Origin: Saprospiraceae bacterium
GTDB lineage: Bacteria; Bacteroidota; Bacteroidia; Chitinophagales; Saprospiraceae
Direction: 5' to 3'
Length of the DNA stretch: 64,000 nt
Assembly (NCBI GenBank): GCA_045110575.1
Contig: JBGCGF010000017.1
Location: forward strand, 9,445-73,444
Part shown: positions 16,621 to 31,600 of the stretch, piece by piece
Position numbering within the stretch: the first letter of the stretch is position 1
How the letters are laid out: each line of letters opens with the position of its first letter
The notes under the pieces: model-generated
Database searches by the model: none
Told to the model about the DNA's origin: nothing
Seen by the model: only the letters and a program-made list of their open reading frames with translations
Program-made: the position numbers and the translations under genes

Positions 16621-19600
16621 ATGTCTTTCCATAAACTGCCTTCGCGCATGAATCCTGGATTTACCCTTACCGCTACGTGGTTATATACCACACGATTGCT
16701 GACCATTACCCTTTGGTCTGTACTTTTTACAGGTATTTTTTCAGGGCCTTTGGCCGCTGAGAATTCCGCAACTTTAGAAACTGGTGTTTTGCCGAAAGGC
16801 GAAGAGAACTGTGAATCTGAGTTTGTAGACGATTATTCACCTCCGGATTACTTTATTAATCCTGCGGAAGGAAAACGAGTGGATTTGTACTACAGGGGTC
16901 TTAAGCTCCTGTTGCCGGCTCGTGTCGACATCCCTAATCCGGAAACGGTAGAGAAAGTGTATGTCGAAGTTGTCTATAAAGGCAAGCTTCCGAGGACTAG
17001 TCTACATAGCGCAATTCAGGCTACCATCCAGAATGGTACTGATGTTAATCTTACACCTAAATTGGTTTCAGGGAGCTGGGGATCAAATGGTGTAGGAATT
17101 TTTTATGGTGAGGTAGGCAAGACCGATCGGGTTCAACTCAATTTTGAAGTAGAAGAAGCATCTGCACAGAGTGTAATGCTATATGTATTGCGTAATAAGC
17201 AAACTCCAGGCATCTATCAAGCAGGTACCTACGCGAATTTTTACGGATATCACACGACTGCTGAGTTCGACATTCCTCTTCCTCCGGATCCAAGATGGAA
17301 GAATATTAGAGTGACCATCCCTGTGACAGAAATCACAACAGATGGGCGCGTTTTAGATTTTGAAATTACTGCGGGAGACATTGTTAAGAAATTTCGAAAA
17401 GTATGGAGCCCTGGCTTCAACTTTGACAATCAATGTTGTATCGATAGTGTAGAAACTGTTCTCGAAGGAGTTACGACTGCCGAAAACGTGAATGTGAAAG
17501 TTATTAGTCCTACTTCTGGTGGGCAATCTTTCGTGGTTTCCGGTATTATCCAAGCAGAACTATGTCCTGTCTGTGACCCTCTTGTCATAGATATCCCAGA
17601 AGAAACTTGTAAGAATGAAATGATTCTTATAGAATGTGCGAGCCCTGGCGCAGGATATACAGCCGAGTGGGACTTTGGCCCAGGATCTTCTCCGAGAACA
17701 CATACTGGGTTTGGAGAAGTCTATGTTGAATTTGCGAATCCAACCGATAATCAAGAAATAAAAGTAAGCTTCTCGAGCGCAACCTGTTCGAGAAATGAAA
17801 CGCACTATATAAAGGTAAATGAATGCAAGGTTTCCACCTGTGCACTGGAAGCAGCAACTGTTATTCAGCACCCTGCAAATGGAAACTCAAACGGCATAAT
17901 TGAGATGGATATGTGCGTGACTTGCGGGTCTACGCCTCCATATCGAATCTTTTATACTTTTCAAGGAAAACAATTTGAAAAAGGTCCATTTAATGAGCCA
18001 AAACCAAGGCTAATAAATCTCGAAGCTGGTATCTACTCTAAGATTTACGTTATCGATTCAAATGGTTGCCGAACAAATATCACTGGCCCTGTTACCCTTT
18101 GCAACGGAGGTTGTGGTCAACGACCAACTTGTTTGGAACAAGTCTGTACACTTTCAGGATTTAATGATGGCGGTGAATACCGATCACTTTGGATTCAAGG
18201 ACTAGGTATTTCTTCTTTCAAATGGAAATGGGTTGGCGGAACTGGTGACTTAATTGTCACTGGTCCAAATTCAGTGAAAATTGAGGGCCGCGTTCAAAGC
18301 CTTTCTGACGCAAGTTGTGGTTTCGATGTTAAACTAGTATTTAAAGATCGCCGCAACTGGAATGAATGGTCAGCACTTGGCCGTGATTGGAAAGGAAACA
18401 GAGGGCTAATAGTCGATGATCAGCATAAAACATGGGACTACTATGAAATGGTAGCTGGCGAAAGTAAACTTACTGGATATGGTTGCTGGACAGGAACTTT
18501 ATCACTTAGTCCAAATCCCCCAGACCTTACTTATGGACTTCAGATTGGTGAAGGAGCGAACGACCAAAACCTAAATCCAGGTTTAAGTTCTTGGTTTCTA
18601 TATGATGGTACCCTTAACGGTACGCATTATGTAGGTCGCGGAGATATTAACGACGAGGGTACTTGTCGAATCTCAGATTTAGAAAGAAACGCAGTTCCAA
18701 TTATCAGCTGCGGAGCTGATTTTGCAGTGAGCTGTGGAGGATCTCCTGATGATGCTCCTCGCCCAGAAATCAACTGTGGTAATCCTGACGATTATACGTT
18801 GACTTACGAAGATCGCGAGGTTTCTACAAACCCAAGACGTATTGAACGGACTTGGACTGCAGCTGGACCAGGAGGCCCAGCAACCTGCACCCAAACGCTG
18901 ACCTTCGCCGATGAAGCACCACCTATTTTCACGCAAGTTCCAACCCAGGATCGTATGCTGTGCGGAGAGGTAGTTCCTCAAGAAGCAGAAGCAAGCGATG
19001 CTTGTGGATCTGTTGATGTTACTTTCCGCGAAACAAAATTTAATGAGACTTGTCCAGGCAATTACGACCTACGTCGTGTTTGGACCGCAACTGACGAAAG
19101 TGGCAATACAGCAACAGCTGAACTTATCGTCCACGTAATTGATGAAAAAGGTCCGAAATTCATCTCTAAAGTTCCGTCAATTGTAATTGATTGTTCAGAT
19201 GATCTCCCGACAGATCAGCCAGTAGCTATTGATGAATGCGGAGGTAATGTTGATATCGATTATTCTATCAGTGATTGTGAAGCACAAGACCCTGTTTACA
19301 CATGGGATGGAGGAACTCTCACTTACCTGACAGAAGGTGAAGATCCTTGTGATCCGTATCCAACTAGCGCAAAGCGACTTCTTGTTGAGGCTGTTTGTTC
19401 GGACAATCCAAATGTGCGTCGTCGCTGGAGAGTCGTCAACCGAAATGATTTCCCAATGTGGTTGAACCGCGTTGAGGCTTATGGTCGTGACATTTATAAT
19501 GACGGATTTAGCGTTCCTGCTAAAGGAGACATCTTCTTCTTCACGCCAACAGAGAGCGGCGATAAGTCAATCACGATTACTTGGAGTGATGAAAATCACA

Positions 19601-22600
19601 GCCCGATTACCGAAATAGGTATGTCTAATGAGGATCAATGTGAATTGACTAAAGGCGAAACATGTGCTTGCGCATATTCTCGTAAATGGAAAGCGACTGA
19701 CGAGTGTGGTAATTCTAGTTGGTCGATCCAACTTGTTTGGAAAAGAGATACTGATGCGCCAGTACTTAGAAATCTCCCAGCAGACCGAACGTACTCAGCA
19801 GGTACAGCGATTCCTGCTCCTGCGAATGTTACTGCTACAGATGTTTGCGGAACAGCAACCGTTGTGTTCAATGAGGAACGAATTGAAAGCGCAGATTACA
19901 ATTGTGATGAAGCAGCTGTCCATTACCTGTTTGGATGGGAAAGCGTTCAAAATCCACTTTTGACTCTAAACGGTCGACAGTTTATAATCGGTAGCGAGCC
20001 ACTCCGTATTCAAGAAAATTGTGGCGGAGCAGCCGTAGTTACTGGTTCGTTGATTGACGTTGCAAACCCGAACGCTGTGTTCGAATTGGTTTGGAACCTC
20101 AAGGATCGTCGAACCTTTGCTGAGCATTCATCCGCGGGAGGGAATGCGCCAACGGATTGTTCTACTGCAGATAAAAATGGATGGAGTTTCTACCAGTTAG
20201 AAACGAACAGTAGACTTACAGGAACTGGAGCAAATGCTGGCGTGTCACTCACGGTAAGTTCTCCAAGTAACCAATGGATTCAGCTTGGAGCTGGAGCGAA
20301 CCGCAACAACTGTAAGTTGGGCATCTATGGTGAACTGACGTACAACACAACTTCAGGGAATTACGCAGGCAACGAAGGAGCTCTTCGCGGAGCACTTAGC
20401 AGCGTAGAGCTTCAAGAAGCTGGAAGCTGTGGTGACAACTACACACTAATTCGCAGCTGGATGGCTACGGACGATTGTGGCAACAGAGCATTCGAACGTC
20501 AAGTAATTCGTGTATTAGATGAGGAAACTCCAACCTTCGAAGGAGTTCCTAATAACATCACTATTGATTGTTCGGACCCTGTCCCAGCAGCAAACGTGAC
20601 TGCTATTGACAACTCAGATGATGACGTCGAGGTAACCCTAGACGAAACAGATACTGGTGACCAGTGTGGACGTACCATTAAGCGTACTTGGACAGCTATT
20701 GACGATTGCGGTAACAGCAAGACCGCTCGCCAAGTGATTACAGTAAGAGACCAATCTTCTCCAGTCATTACGTTTAGCAATCCTGCCATTCAGGCATTAA
20801 ATAGCGGCGACATCCTTGTGATCAGCTGTAGCGACGTTCCGACCATCGATGAGTCGATTGCCTCTGTTACGGACAATTGCGATCCTAATCCAACATTGAC
20901 CTTCAGAGACGAAGGTCTTGGTCAGGGAGACTGCTCTACAGATGGATATCGTGAACGATTCCGCTGTACGTGGACGGCTACCGACCAATGTGGAAACGAA
21001 ACCGTTTTCTTCCTTTTCGTAGAATTCCATGATGACAAGGCACCTGTGCTAGCACAAGTTCCAGCCAACAAAACACAAGCTTGTGACGCTGCGCTCCCTA
21101 CAGACCAGCCAACAGCTTCGGACAACTGTAGCGATAGCCCAACGATTGTAGAAACACAATCAACGATCACCGGATCGTGCGCTGATTCGTACCAAGTTGT
21201 TCGTCTATGGACAGCAACAGATGATTGCGGTAACACAGCAACAGCTAGTCAGGTAGTGACGCTCAACGATGAGTCGGCACCTGTATTCTCTGGAGTACCA
21301 GCAGCAGTAACGCTCAACTGTGAGGATGCGCTCCCTACTGCTGAGCCTACTGCAAATGACAACTGCGACCAAAATGTGCGCTTAGTAGAAACACAAGAAA
21401 CTCAACAAGGAGCCTGTGGTGATACGTATGTAATGGTTCGACTTTGGACTGCGACAGACAACTGTGGCAACATCGCGACAGCAAGCCAAGTAGTTACTGT
21501 TCAAGATAACCAAGCCCCAACGCTTACTTTCTCTAATGCACGTCTCAATGGCATGAATGACGGAGGAGAGCTTATCGTGGATTGCGATGATATCCCTTTC
21601 TTTAATGAGGGAGACGTAGTTGCGAACGACAATTGCGATAACAATGTCAATGTCACGTTTACAGACAACTTAGTCTCAGCGGGAGATTGTGCAACCGACG
21701 GCTTCGTCAAGCACTTTAAGTGTACATGGACAGCAGTTGATGCATGCGGTAATACCGAAAGCATTTCTATCAACCTTAAGATTAAGGACAATACGATTCC
21801 TGCAATCACGAGTGTTCCTGGCAACATTTCGATCAGCTGTGAGCAATCTTTACCGACCTCACAACCGACGATTTCTGACAACTGTACATCTGACGCTAAC
21901 CTCACTGTAGCCGAGACAAGCACGACCGTTCCTGGTTCATGCTCAGAAGACTACCGCGTAATTCGTCTTTGGACAGTTACAGACGCATGTGGCAATGAGG
22001 CGACAGCGAGTCAGGTGGTTACTGTTAAGGATGAGATCCGACCAATTTTGGCTCAGGTTCCAGAAAGTCTCACAGTTTCATGTGATGATCCTTTCCCTAC
22101 TACCCTACCAACAGCAACAGACAATTGCGATACAGACGTCGCGGTTACTGTTTCAGAAAACCGAACTTCTGACGACTGCCCAGGCAATTCTAGTGTTGTT
22201 CGCGTCTTTACGGCAACGGACAACTGTGGTAATACTGCGACGGCAAGTCAAGTCGTAACAATCCGCGATCGAGAGGAACCAACTTTATCGCAAGTCCCTG
22301 CAGATGCAACCCTAAGTTGTACAGATGCTATCCCAACAACGCAACCGGTTGCTTCAGACAATTGCGATACTGATGTCGCTGTTACGGAAACAAGCGAACG
22401 CCGCGACGGTGCTTGTCCAGACAGCTATAAGCTTGTGCGCCTTTGGACGGCTACAGATCACTGTGGAAACGAAACAACGGCAAGCCAAGTCCTAACTATT
22501 CAGGATACGGAAGTGCCGGTTTTAGCCTCGCTTCCGCAAAACACAACCATTCGTTGTGATGAGCAATTACCGACGAACCGTCCGACGGCAAGTGATAATT

Positions 22601-25600
22601 GTGATAATGACGTCAACATTGCTGAGACGCAAGAAACCCGTGCGGGTCGATGTGCAAACAGCTATGAAGTTGTTCGTCTCTTTACGGCAACTGACAACTG
22701 TGGCAATGTTGCTACAGGTAGTCAAATCGTAACGGTTACTGACGATATCAAACCTGAATTTTCTAGTGTACCTGCAAACATCACGATCGATTGTAACGGC
22801 ACCGTTCCTCAAGAACAACCAAGCGCTACAGACAATTGTGACGGCCAAGTTGCGGTCACAGAAACGCAGGAGAATCGTCCGGGCCTTTGTGCAGGATCAT
22901 ACACGATCGTTCGTCTCTTTACGGCAATCGACAAGTGTGGAAACGAATCTACAGCAAGTCAAATCGTAACGGTTCAGGATATCGAAGCTCCTGTATTTGC
23001 ATACGTTCCAGCCAACTTGGCAATCAGTTGTGCGGAGTCACTTCCTACCGAAGAGGCACAAGCTTCTGACAATTGCGATCAAGCTGTCGTCATTACCGAA
23101 CGTCAAGAAACTCGCGCAGGAAATTGCGCAGGTACTTACGACGTGGTCCGCTTCTTTACAGCGACCGACCATTGTGGTAATACAGTTTCTGCGAGTCAGG
23201 TGGTTAGCGTATTCGATGACGAAGCGCCAACTTTTGCCGGAGTACCGACTAACGTCAGCATCTCATGTGAAGAGCAGGTTCCGACCAGCGCGCCAACAGC
23301 ATCAGACAACTGTGATGCGAATGTAGATGTCCAACTCACAGAGACTCGAGAAGACGGAACATGTGCAGACAACTACCGCGTTATTCGACGCTGGGTTGCA
23401 ACAGATCATTGTGGAAATGCGGCTACAGCTAGTCAGGTTGTTACGGTTCAAGACCAGACGAACCCGACCTTTGCCGGTGTCCCTCAAAACATGACCATTG
23501 CTTGTAGTCAGTCGTTACCAACGACTCAACCTACCGCCACAGACAATTGTGATACAGATGTAACCGTCGTAGAAACTCAGCGCACGGAAGCAGGAGCTTG
23601 TACTGACTCTTATAAAGTCATTCGCGTTTGGACTGCCACGGACAACTGTGGTAATGTTGAAACAGCAAGCCAAACCGTCCAAGTTGAAGACAAAGAGGCA
23701 CCAAGCTTTGCAAACGTGCCATCGTCAGTATCTATTAGTTGTGATGAGCCATTACCGAGTATTGGACCTGATGTTACAGACAACTGTGACGACGATGTTA
23801 GTCTAAATGAAACGCAAGAGACGATTCCAGGAGCTTGTCCTGAAACGTACAAGGTTGTCCGTACATGGACAGCTACAGATAACTGTGGTAATGTCGAAAC
23901 GGCAAGCCAAACAGTTACCGTAACAGACTCGGAAGCTCCAACTTTCGCATTTGTACCAGCGACAATAACGATCGACTGCGATGCAAGCTTGCCTGCAAGC
24001 CAGCCAGAAGTTGATGACAATTGTGACCAATCTGTACAGATTACAGAAACGCAAGAAACTCAAGCAGGACGATGTGCAGGAGCATACACGGTGATTCGTC
24101 TATGGACTGCCGTTGATAACTGCGGCAATACGTCGACCGCGAATCAGACTGTAAACGTTCAAGACATTAGTGCTCCAACCTTCGCAAGTGTACCGCAGGC
24201 AACTACGGTACAATGTGATGCTGCACTTCCGGTAACACAGCCTATCGTTACAGACAATTGTGACGATGATGTAACGGTCACCGAAGCGCAAACAAACGAA
24301 GCAGGAAGATGTGCCGGCAACTACACGGTTGTTCGTACATGGACCGCAGTTGATGATTGTGGTAACACTGCAACGGCTGTTCAACGGGTAACTGTTGAGG
24401 ATACCGAAGCACCTATTTTCACGCAAGTACCGACCTCTGTAACACTAAGCTGTGAGGAGAGCGTGCCGACTGTTTTGGCGACAGCTACAGACAACTGCGA
24501 CACAAACGTCTCAATTACTGAAACGCAAGATCGCGTAGAAGGTAACTGCCCGGGCAACTTCACGGTTACCCGCCTATTTACGGCAACAGACCACTGTGGC
24601 AACGTTACCACAGCGAGTCAGGTCGTCAATTTCCAAGACAATACAAATCCAACATTTGCTTCTGTACCGGCAACAGTCACTATCGAATGTGATGGCACAT
24701 TACCTACCAATGCGCCAACTGCAAGCGACAATTGTGATCAGAATGTAAGCATCGGGGAGACGCAAGAAACTCAACCTGGACCGTGTACAGATAGTTACCG
24801 TGTTATCCGTTTATGGACGGCAACCGACAACTGTGGCAACGCATCGACTGCGAGTCAAATCGTAATTGTTGAGGATACGCAAGCTCCAATATTTGCCAAT
24901 GTTCCTGCAGAAGTCACTGTAGAGTGCAGCGATCCGCTGCCGACCGACATGGCTACCGCAACAGATAACTGTGATACAGACGTTACGGTAACCGTAGCAG
25001 AACGCAATGAGACAGGTAACTGTACAGACAGCTATACCGTAGTTCGCGTATTTACTGCCGTTGACAATTGCGGCAATTCGACTACCGCTGAGCAACGCGT
25101 TAATGTTGTTGACACGCAAGCTCCAACATTTGCGAGTGTTCCTCAAGCAGTGACTATCTCATGCGACGAGGCTGTTCCAACAACAGCAGCGACAGCGACC
25201 GATAACTGTGATACGCAAGTATCTGTGACTGAAACTGAGCGCACTGTTGCTGGTGATTGCGCAGATCGTTACGAAGTGATTCGTCTCTTCACAGCGACTG
25301 ACAATTGTGGCAATACAGCGACTGCTGAACAAGTCATTACCATTCAAGATACGCAGGCGCCAACGTTTGCAAGCATTCCTCAAGCATTAACGATCCGCTG
25401 CGATGAAGCGCTTCCGACAACGGCTCCGATAGCATCAGATAACTGCGACACGCAAGTATCTGTAACTGAAGCTCAACGCAACGAGCCAGGTAACTGTGCA
25501 GAAAGCTATACTGTTATCAGAACGTGGACAGCAGTCGATAACTGTGGCAACACAGCAACTGCTGAACAACGTATCACTCTCACCGATGAGGTCGCGCCAG

Positions 25601-28600
25601 TACTGGTTAGCGTACCTGTAGGTGTCACGATTGCATGTGATCAGCCGATTCCGACAGATATGCCAGTTGCTACGGACAACTGTGACGATGACGTGAGCAT
25701 TACCGAAGCACAAGAAACCGTTCCAGGCGACTGCCCAGGAGCGTATGACGTAATCCGCACGTTCACGGCAACCGATGGTTGTGGTAATACGGCAACGGCA
25801 AGTCAAACAATCAAAGTTATAGACGAACGCAATCCAGTATTTGCAGGTGTTCCAACAGCAGTCACTATCTCTTGTGACGAAGAGCTTCCTTCAGATCAAC
25901 CAACCGCTACAGATACCTGTGACGAAAACGTTGACATCGAAGAATCAGAAGAATTCCTTGCTGGAAATTGTGGTGGTTCTTACCGTGTGATCCGTCAATG
26001 GACAGCAACGGACGACTGTGGCAATACGGCTACAGCAACCCAGCTTGTTACTGTTCAGGATCTTACCAATCCAATTTTCGCAAGTGTTCCTGCTGCCGTA
26101 AACCTTTCATGTGACGATGTTCTTCCAACAGATTTACCTACTGCGACTGACAATTGTGACGACGACGTACACATTTCAGAAACACAGCAACGTATGCCTG
26201 GTGGATGTGCAGACAGCTACACGCTCGTTCGCACCTTCACAGCAACAGACGAGTGTGGCAACATAACCACCGCAAGTCAAATAGTAACCGTTGCAGATAA
26301 TGCCAACCCTGAGTTTGCGAGCGTTCCTAGCGACGTTGAGATCTCTTGTGACGAGGCTATCCCAACCGACCAACCAACAGCTACTGACTTATGCGATGAT
26401 GATGTTGCGATTACAGAAGCGCAAGAAACTATCCCTGGCGCGTGCCCTGGTGCATACCAGATCATCCGTACTTGGACGGCAGTAGATAACTGTGGCAACA
26501 CGGCTATTGCAAGTCAAACCGTCAGCGTAGGTGATAGAGCAGAACCAACGTTCACGAACGTGCCTGCAGCTGTAACTATTAGTTGTGATGGCGAGGTACC
26601 AACGGAGCAACCAGTTGCTATCGACAATTGCGACGACAACGTCAACATAACAGAGGCACAAACCACTGAAACAGGCGACTGTACAGATAGCTACAAGGTC
26701 GTACGTACCTGGACAGCTACTGATGATTGTGGCAATGTGGCTATGGCTAGTCAGGTTGTTACGGTTGAAGACAGCACAAGCCCTGAGTTTGTAAGCGTTC
26801 CTCCTGCAGTCAGCATTAGCTGTGATCAAGAACTTCCAACTACGCAACCTCGTGCCAACGACAACTGTGATACAGAAGTCGACATTACAGAACGAACAGA
26901 CCGCGATCGTGGTAACTGTGGTTCTAGCTACACGGTAACACGTATCTGGACAGCAACTGACAATTGTGGCAACACTGCTACAGCGACTCAGCTTGTCACA
27001 GTAGAAGACAATACTCCACCAGTATTCGCAAATGTTCCTGCGAGCGTAACCATCCTTTGTGATGAGTCGGCTCCAGACAATGAGCCAACAGCTACCGACA
27101 ACTGTGACGACGAAGTACGCATCCGCAGCAATGAGGAGCGTATTGATGGAGGATGTGCAGATAGCTACCAGCTTGTCCGCACATGGACAGCAGAAGACGA
27201 TTGTGGCAACATTGCTACTGCGAGTCAAGTCGTGACGGTAATCGACCCAACCGCTCCGACGTTTGCACAGATTCCGCCAGAAACTACGATTACTTGTAGT
27301 GAAGGTCTTCCTACTAGTCAGCCAGTTACAAACGATAACTGTGACAGCGACGTCACCATTACGGAGACACAAGAGACGTTACCTGGCGCATGTCCAGACA
27401 GCTACGTTGTGATTCGTACATGGATCATTACAGACAACTGTGGCAACTCAGATCGCGCTACACAGAAAGTAACGGTAGTTGATACCAGCGAACCAACATT
27501 CGCAAGTGTACCATCTAGCCGAACGGTCAACTGTGACGAAGATCCAGGAGACGAAGAACCAGTTGCATCAGATAATTGCGACGATGACGTGGCAATCACG
27601 ATGACTGAAACAACCAACGGCGACAATTGCGCCGAAGGCATCGAGCTCATCCGAATCTGGACTGCAACCGACAACTGTGGCAACACAGCGACGGCAAGTC
27701 AGACGATCACTTTCGTTGACAATGAAGATCCAGTTCTTGCAGGTGTTGAGCGTTCAATCACCGTAGAATGTGATCAGCCGATTCCACTTATCTACCCTAC
27801 AGCTACAGACAACTGTGACCGTGAAGTAGACATCATGTACTTCGACAATGAGCAAGATGAGGAGTGCGGTAAGACGATTACTCGTACATGGGTTGCGAGC
27901 GACGATTGTGGGAACACATCTTCAGAAACGCAGCTAATAATAATTCGCGATACGCAACTCCCTGTTCTTAGTGGAGTTCCTACAAGTGCACAAATCAACT
28001 GTGACGATGCCATTCCAACGGCAACGGTAACAGCAACAGACAACTGTACGCAGGTAGTTGATATCGTTCTTGAAGAGTTCGAAATTCCTGGAGGATGTCC
28101 TGGAGAACGCAGCATTATAAGAATTTGGACAGCAACCGATGATTGTGGTAACGCAGCAGTAGGTAGCCAGACTATCACCATCACCGATGGCGGCGCACCA
28201 GTATTTGCAGGTATACCGACGGCAGTGACAATTACATGTGCTGACGATCTTCCAAGCACGCTTCCTACAGCCACAGACAACTGTGGAGGAGGTTCTACAG
28301 CAGTAGCGATTACGGTTGAAGAAACCAACGAGCCTGGCAACTGCGCGAATAACTACCGCGTAATTCGCGTATTCACGGCAACGGATGATTGTGGCAACAC
28401 ATCAACTGCGAGTCAAACCGTAACCGTTTCAGACGATGAAGCGCCGACCTTTGCAAGTGTACCTGCAGATGCAAGTATTTCTTGTAGCGAGCAATTGCCT
28501 CAAGGCACTGCGACCGCTACAGACAACTGTGACAACAGCGTAAACGTCAGCATGACTGAGCGCACCGTTGCAGGCAACTGTGATGACAACTACGAGGTTA

Positions 28601-31600
28601 TTCGCACCTACTCTGCAGTAGATGCTTGTGGCAATCTAGCCACAGCAACGCAAACGATCACCATTTCGGATACAGAAGCTCCAACGTTTGCGAACGTTCC
28701 TGCTAATGTTGAAGTAAGCTGTGATGATCCAATTCCAACGGATACTCCAACGGCTACCGATGACTGCGACAATGACGTAGAAATCTCGGTAGTTGAAGAT
28801 CGTATAGCTGGGACTTCATCTAACGAATACCAAATCGTTCGCACCTGGACTGCAGTCGATAACTGTGGTAACACGGCGACAGCAAGTCAGACGATCTCTG
28901 TCATCGCTGACGGAGAACCAACGTTCACCTTCGTTCCTGAAAACCTAACACTAAGCTGCACGCAACAAATTCCGAATGCGGATGCTCGAGCTACAGACAA
29001 TTGCGATGGTGACCTTCAGGTAGTACTCGCTGAAGAAAGAGTTGATGGAAGTTGTGCAAACAACTATGACATCGTTCGCACATGGACGGCCACCGATACC
29101 GATAGTAATTCTGCAACAGCAAGCCAGACGATCACAGTGAGTGACCTCGTTCCTCCAAGCTTCGATCAGGTCCCTGCTGATGTATCTCTTGTTTGCGGAC
29201 AGATTACACCAACCGACATGGCCACGGCTTCTGACATCTGCGATCAAGCAGTAGTCGTAACCGTAACAGAGACTAACCGTCCTGGCACTTGCGGAAGTGA
29301 GTATGACGTACTTCGCACGTTCCGTGCAACAGATGCTTGCGGCAACGCAGCGACTGCAACACAAGTCGTGTCATTCATTGATGATCAAGCTCCGGAATTC
29401 ACCTTCGTACCTGACTCTGAAGAGTTCCAGTGTTCTGTAGGTCAACCACGCGAGCGTGCTCAAGCAACAGACAACTGTACATCTAATGTGCAGATCACCT
29501 TTGAAGATGTCAGCCCAAGCAGTGACTGCTCACAACGACTACAACGTGTGTGGACAGCTACTGACGAATGTGGCAATACAGCAACGGCAGTTCAGCAGAT
29601 TTTGCTTGAGGACACAGAAGATCCTGAGTTGATCAATGTGCCGGCAAATTCATCTGTTGATCTTACGAATGGCGGGACTATTCCAGCACCGGCAAACGTA
29701 ACAGCTAACGACAATTGTGATTCAAATCCAAATGTCAGCTTTAATGAAACTAGTCAACCTACGTCAGGATGTGGATACGTCCTTGTTCGTACGTGGGAAG
29801 CAACTGACCAGTGTGGCAATACCGAGAAAGCTACCCAGCGCATCACCGTTACGGAAGATGCAGGTGTAAGTATCACGGTAGATCCAACATCTGATTGTGC
29901 GCCAACTGGAGTTCAAGTACATGCTGTTCCTGCAACGCAAGGAGCAACCTACACTTGGACAAGTAACAGCGGCAGTTTCACAAACGGAAATACAGCCAAC
30001 CCAACCTTTGTACCATCAGGGGCAGGGACATACACCATCAACCTCACCGTTAGTGGGTCTGGCTGTACAGGTAAGGCATCCGAAACCATTACAATCGACG
30101 GAGCAACGCTCAACGTAACGGGCAACGGTCCGATCTGCGTAGGAGGCACTATTCAACTTACGGCCTCGGCAGGAGCTGATAGTTATGCTTGGTCAGGTCC
30201 GAATGGTTTTAGCGCAAGCCAAGCCAACGTAACGCTAAACGATGCGACAGTCGCAATGGGAGGTGTTTACACCCTAACTGCTGACTTTGGTTCTTGTACT
30301 CAAGAAGCTACAGTTACTGTTGCCGTGAGTGGATCACTTCAAGTAACCCTTGATATTCCAACCCTCATTTGCTCAGAGCAGATGGTAACATTCACCGCAG
30401 GCGGTGCTGATAATGCTACGTGGACAGCACCTTCAGGTCAGACCTACACAGGTGCGACGACGCAGGTCGGTCCGATCAGCTTCGGTAGCCACAACGGTCA
30501 ATGGTCAGTTGTTGCAACCAACGCTGCAGGCTGTAGCTCTACACTTGACTTCACGGTTCAAGTCATCAGAAGCCCGCAACTGTCAGCTACTTCAAACTCA
30601 CCAGTTTGCGCAGGCGGACAAATTCAACTCAATGCAGTTGGTGCTCAGAATTACCAATGGACAGGACCTAATGGCTACACGGCTTCAAGTGCTGCACCAG
30701 TAATCACAGATCTATCAGCTTACCCAGTTGGATCCTACCAGTTCATCGCTGTAGGAACAAACCTAGCGGGTTGTGAAGCACGTGACACCGCTACAGTCGT
30801 TGTGACTGGAGCAGCTGTTGTAAATGCATCTGTACCGGCTACAATTTGCGAAGGCGAAGTACTCAACTTCACGGCTTCGGGAGCAGATAGCTATGTTTGG
30901 TCAGGCCCGAACGGCTTCTCTAGTCTCGGTGCATCTCCTAGTATCCAGGCAATCACTGCTGCAGGATCAGGAACGTATACGTTGAATGCTGAGACTGCCG
31001 CAGGCTGCTCAATCACAGAGACTTTCGAAGTTGTTGTACGTACAGATTGCAATCCAAACGAATGCAACCTTCCTACTCAAAGTGACTTCACGCTCATCCA
31101 ACCTGATTGCGGTCAAAGCAATGGTTCGATAACCTTCAATGGAGATACGACTGGCTATTCGTTTGTATGGACCCCAGGTCAGAATACGGGTCTAGCTGCC
31201 GGTGATTACTGGGTAACAGTGACCAAGCGAGGAGATCCTGCTTGCGCCAAAACCTATGACTTCACACTCGTTGAAGACAATGCTCCATCAGCAACAGTAG
31301 ATGTTGAAGGTGAGCAGTGTGACCTAGACGGTATCGTAACGATTACTCCAACTCCTGCCGGCACGTACACTGTTCAGTGGTCAGATCAAAGTGCAAGCTC
31401 TACTTCACTTGTAAGAGACGACCTTAAGGCTGGAGCCTACACGTTCGTATTAACAGCAGATAATGGCTGTACGCTTACGCAAAACGTAACCGTACCAGAC
31501 GACTGTGACTGTACAACTGTAACCGCTTCTGTTCCGACTTCAATCTGCGAAGGTGAAACGCTCAACTTCGTAGCAAGTGGAGCTGTAACCTATGTATGGC

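Noticed and set aside
26389-27372. 327 aa minus-strand ORF inside the giant gene
   Set aside because: It is antisense to a strongly supported repeat-coding frame. The product is Cys/Arg/Thr-rich, low-complexity and mirrors the sense repeats. It has no start context or motifs, so it is a typical shadow ORF of a long repetitive gene.
18700-29862. A regular ~240-nt periodicity that could suggest a CRISPR-like or satellite array
   Set aside because: The units are in-frame coding repeats within one ORF. They have protein-level conservation but diverged DNA. There is no short identical repeat plus unique spacer structure and no cas genes.
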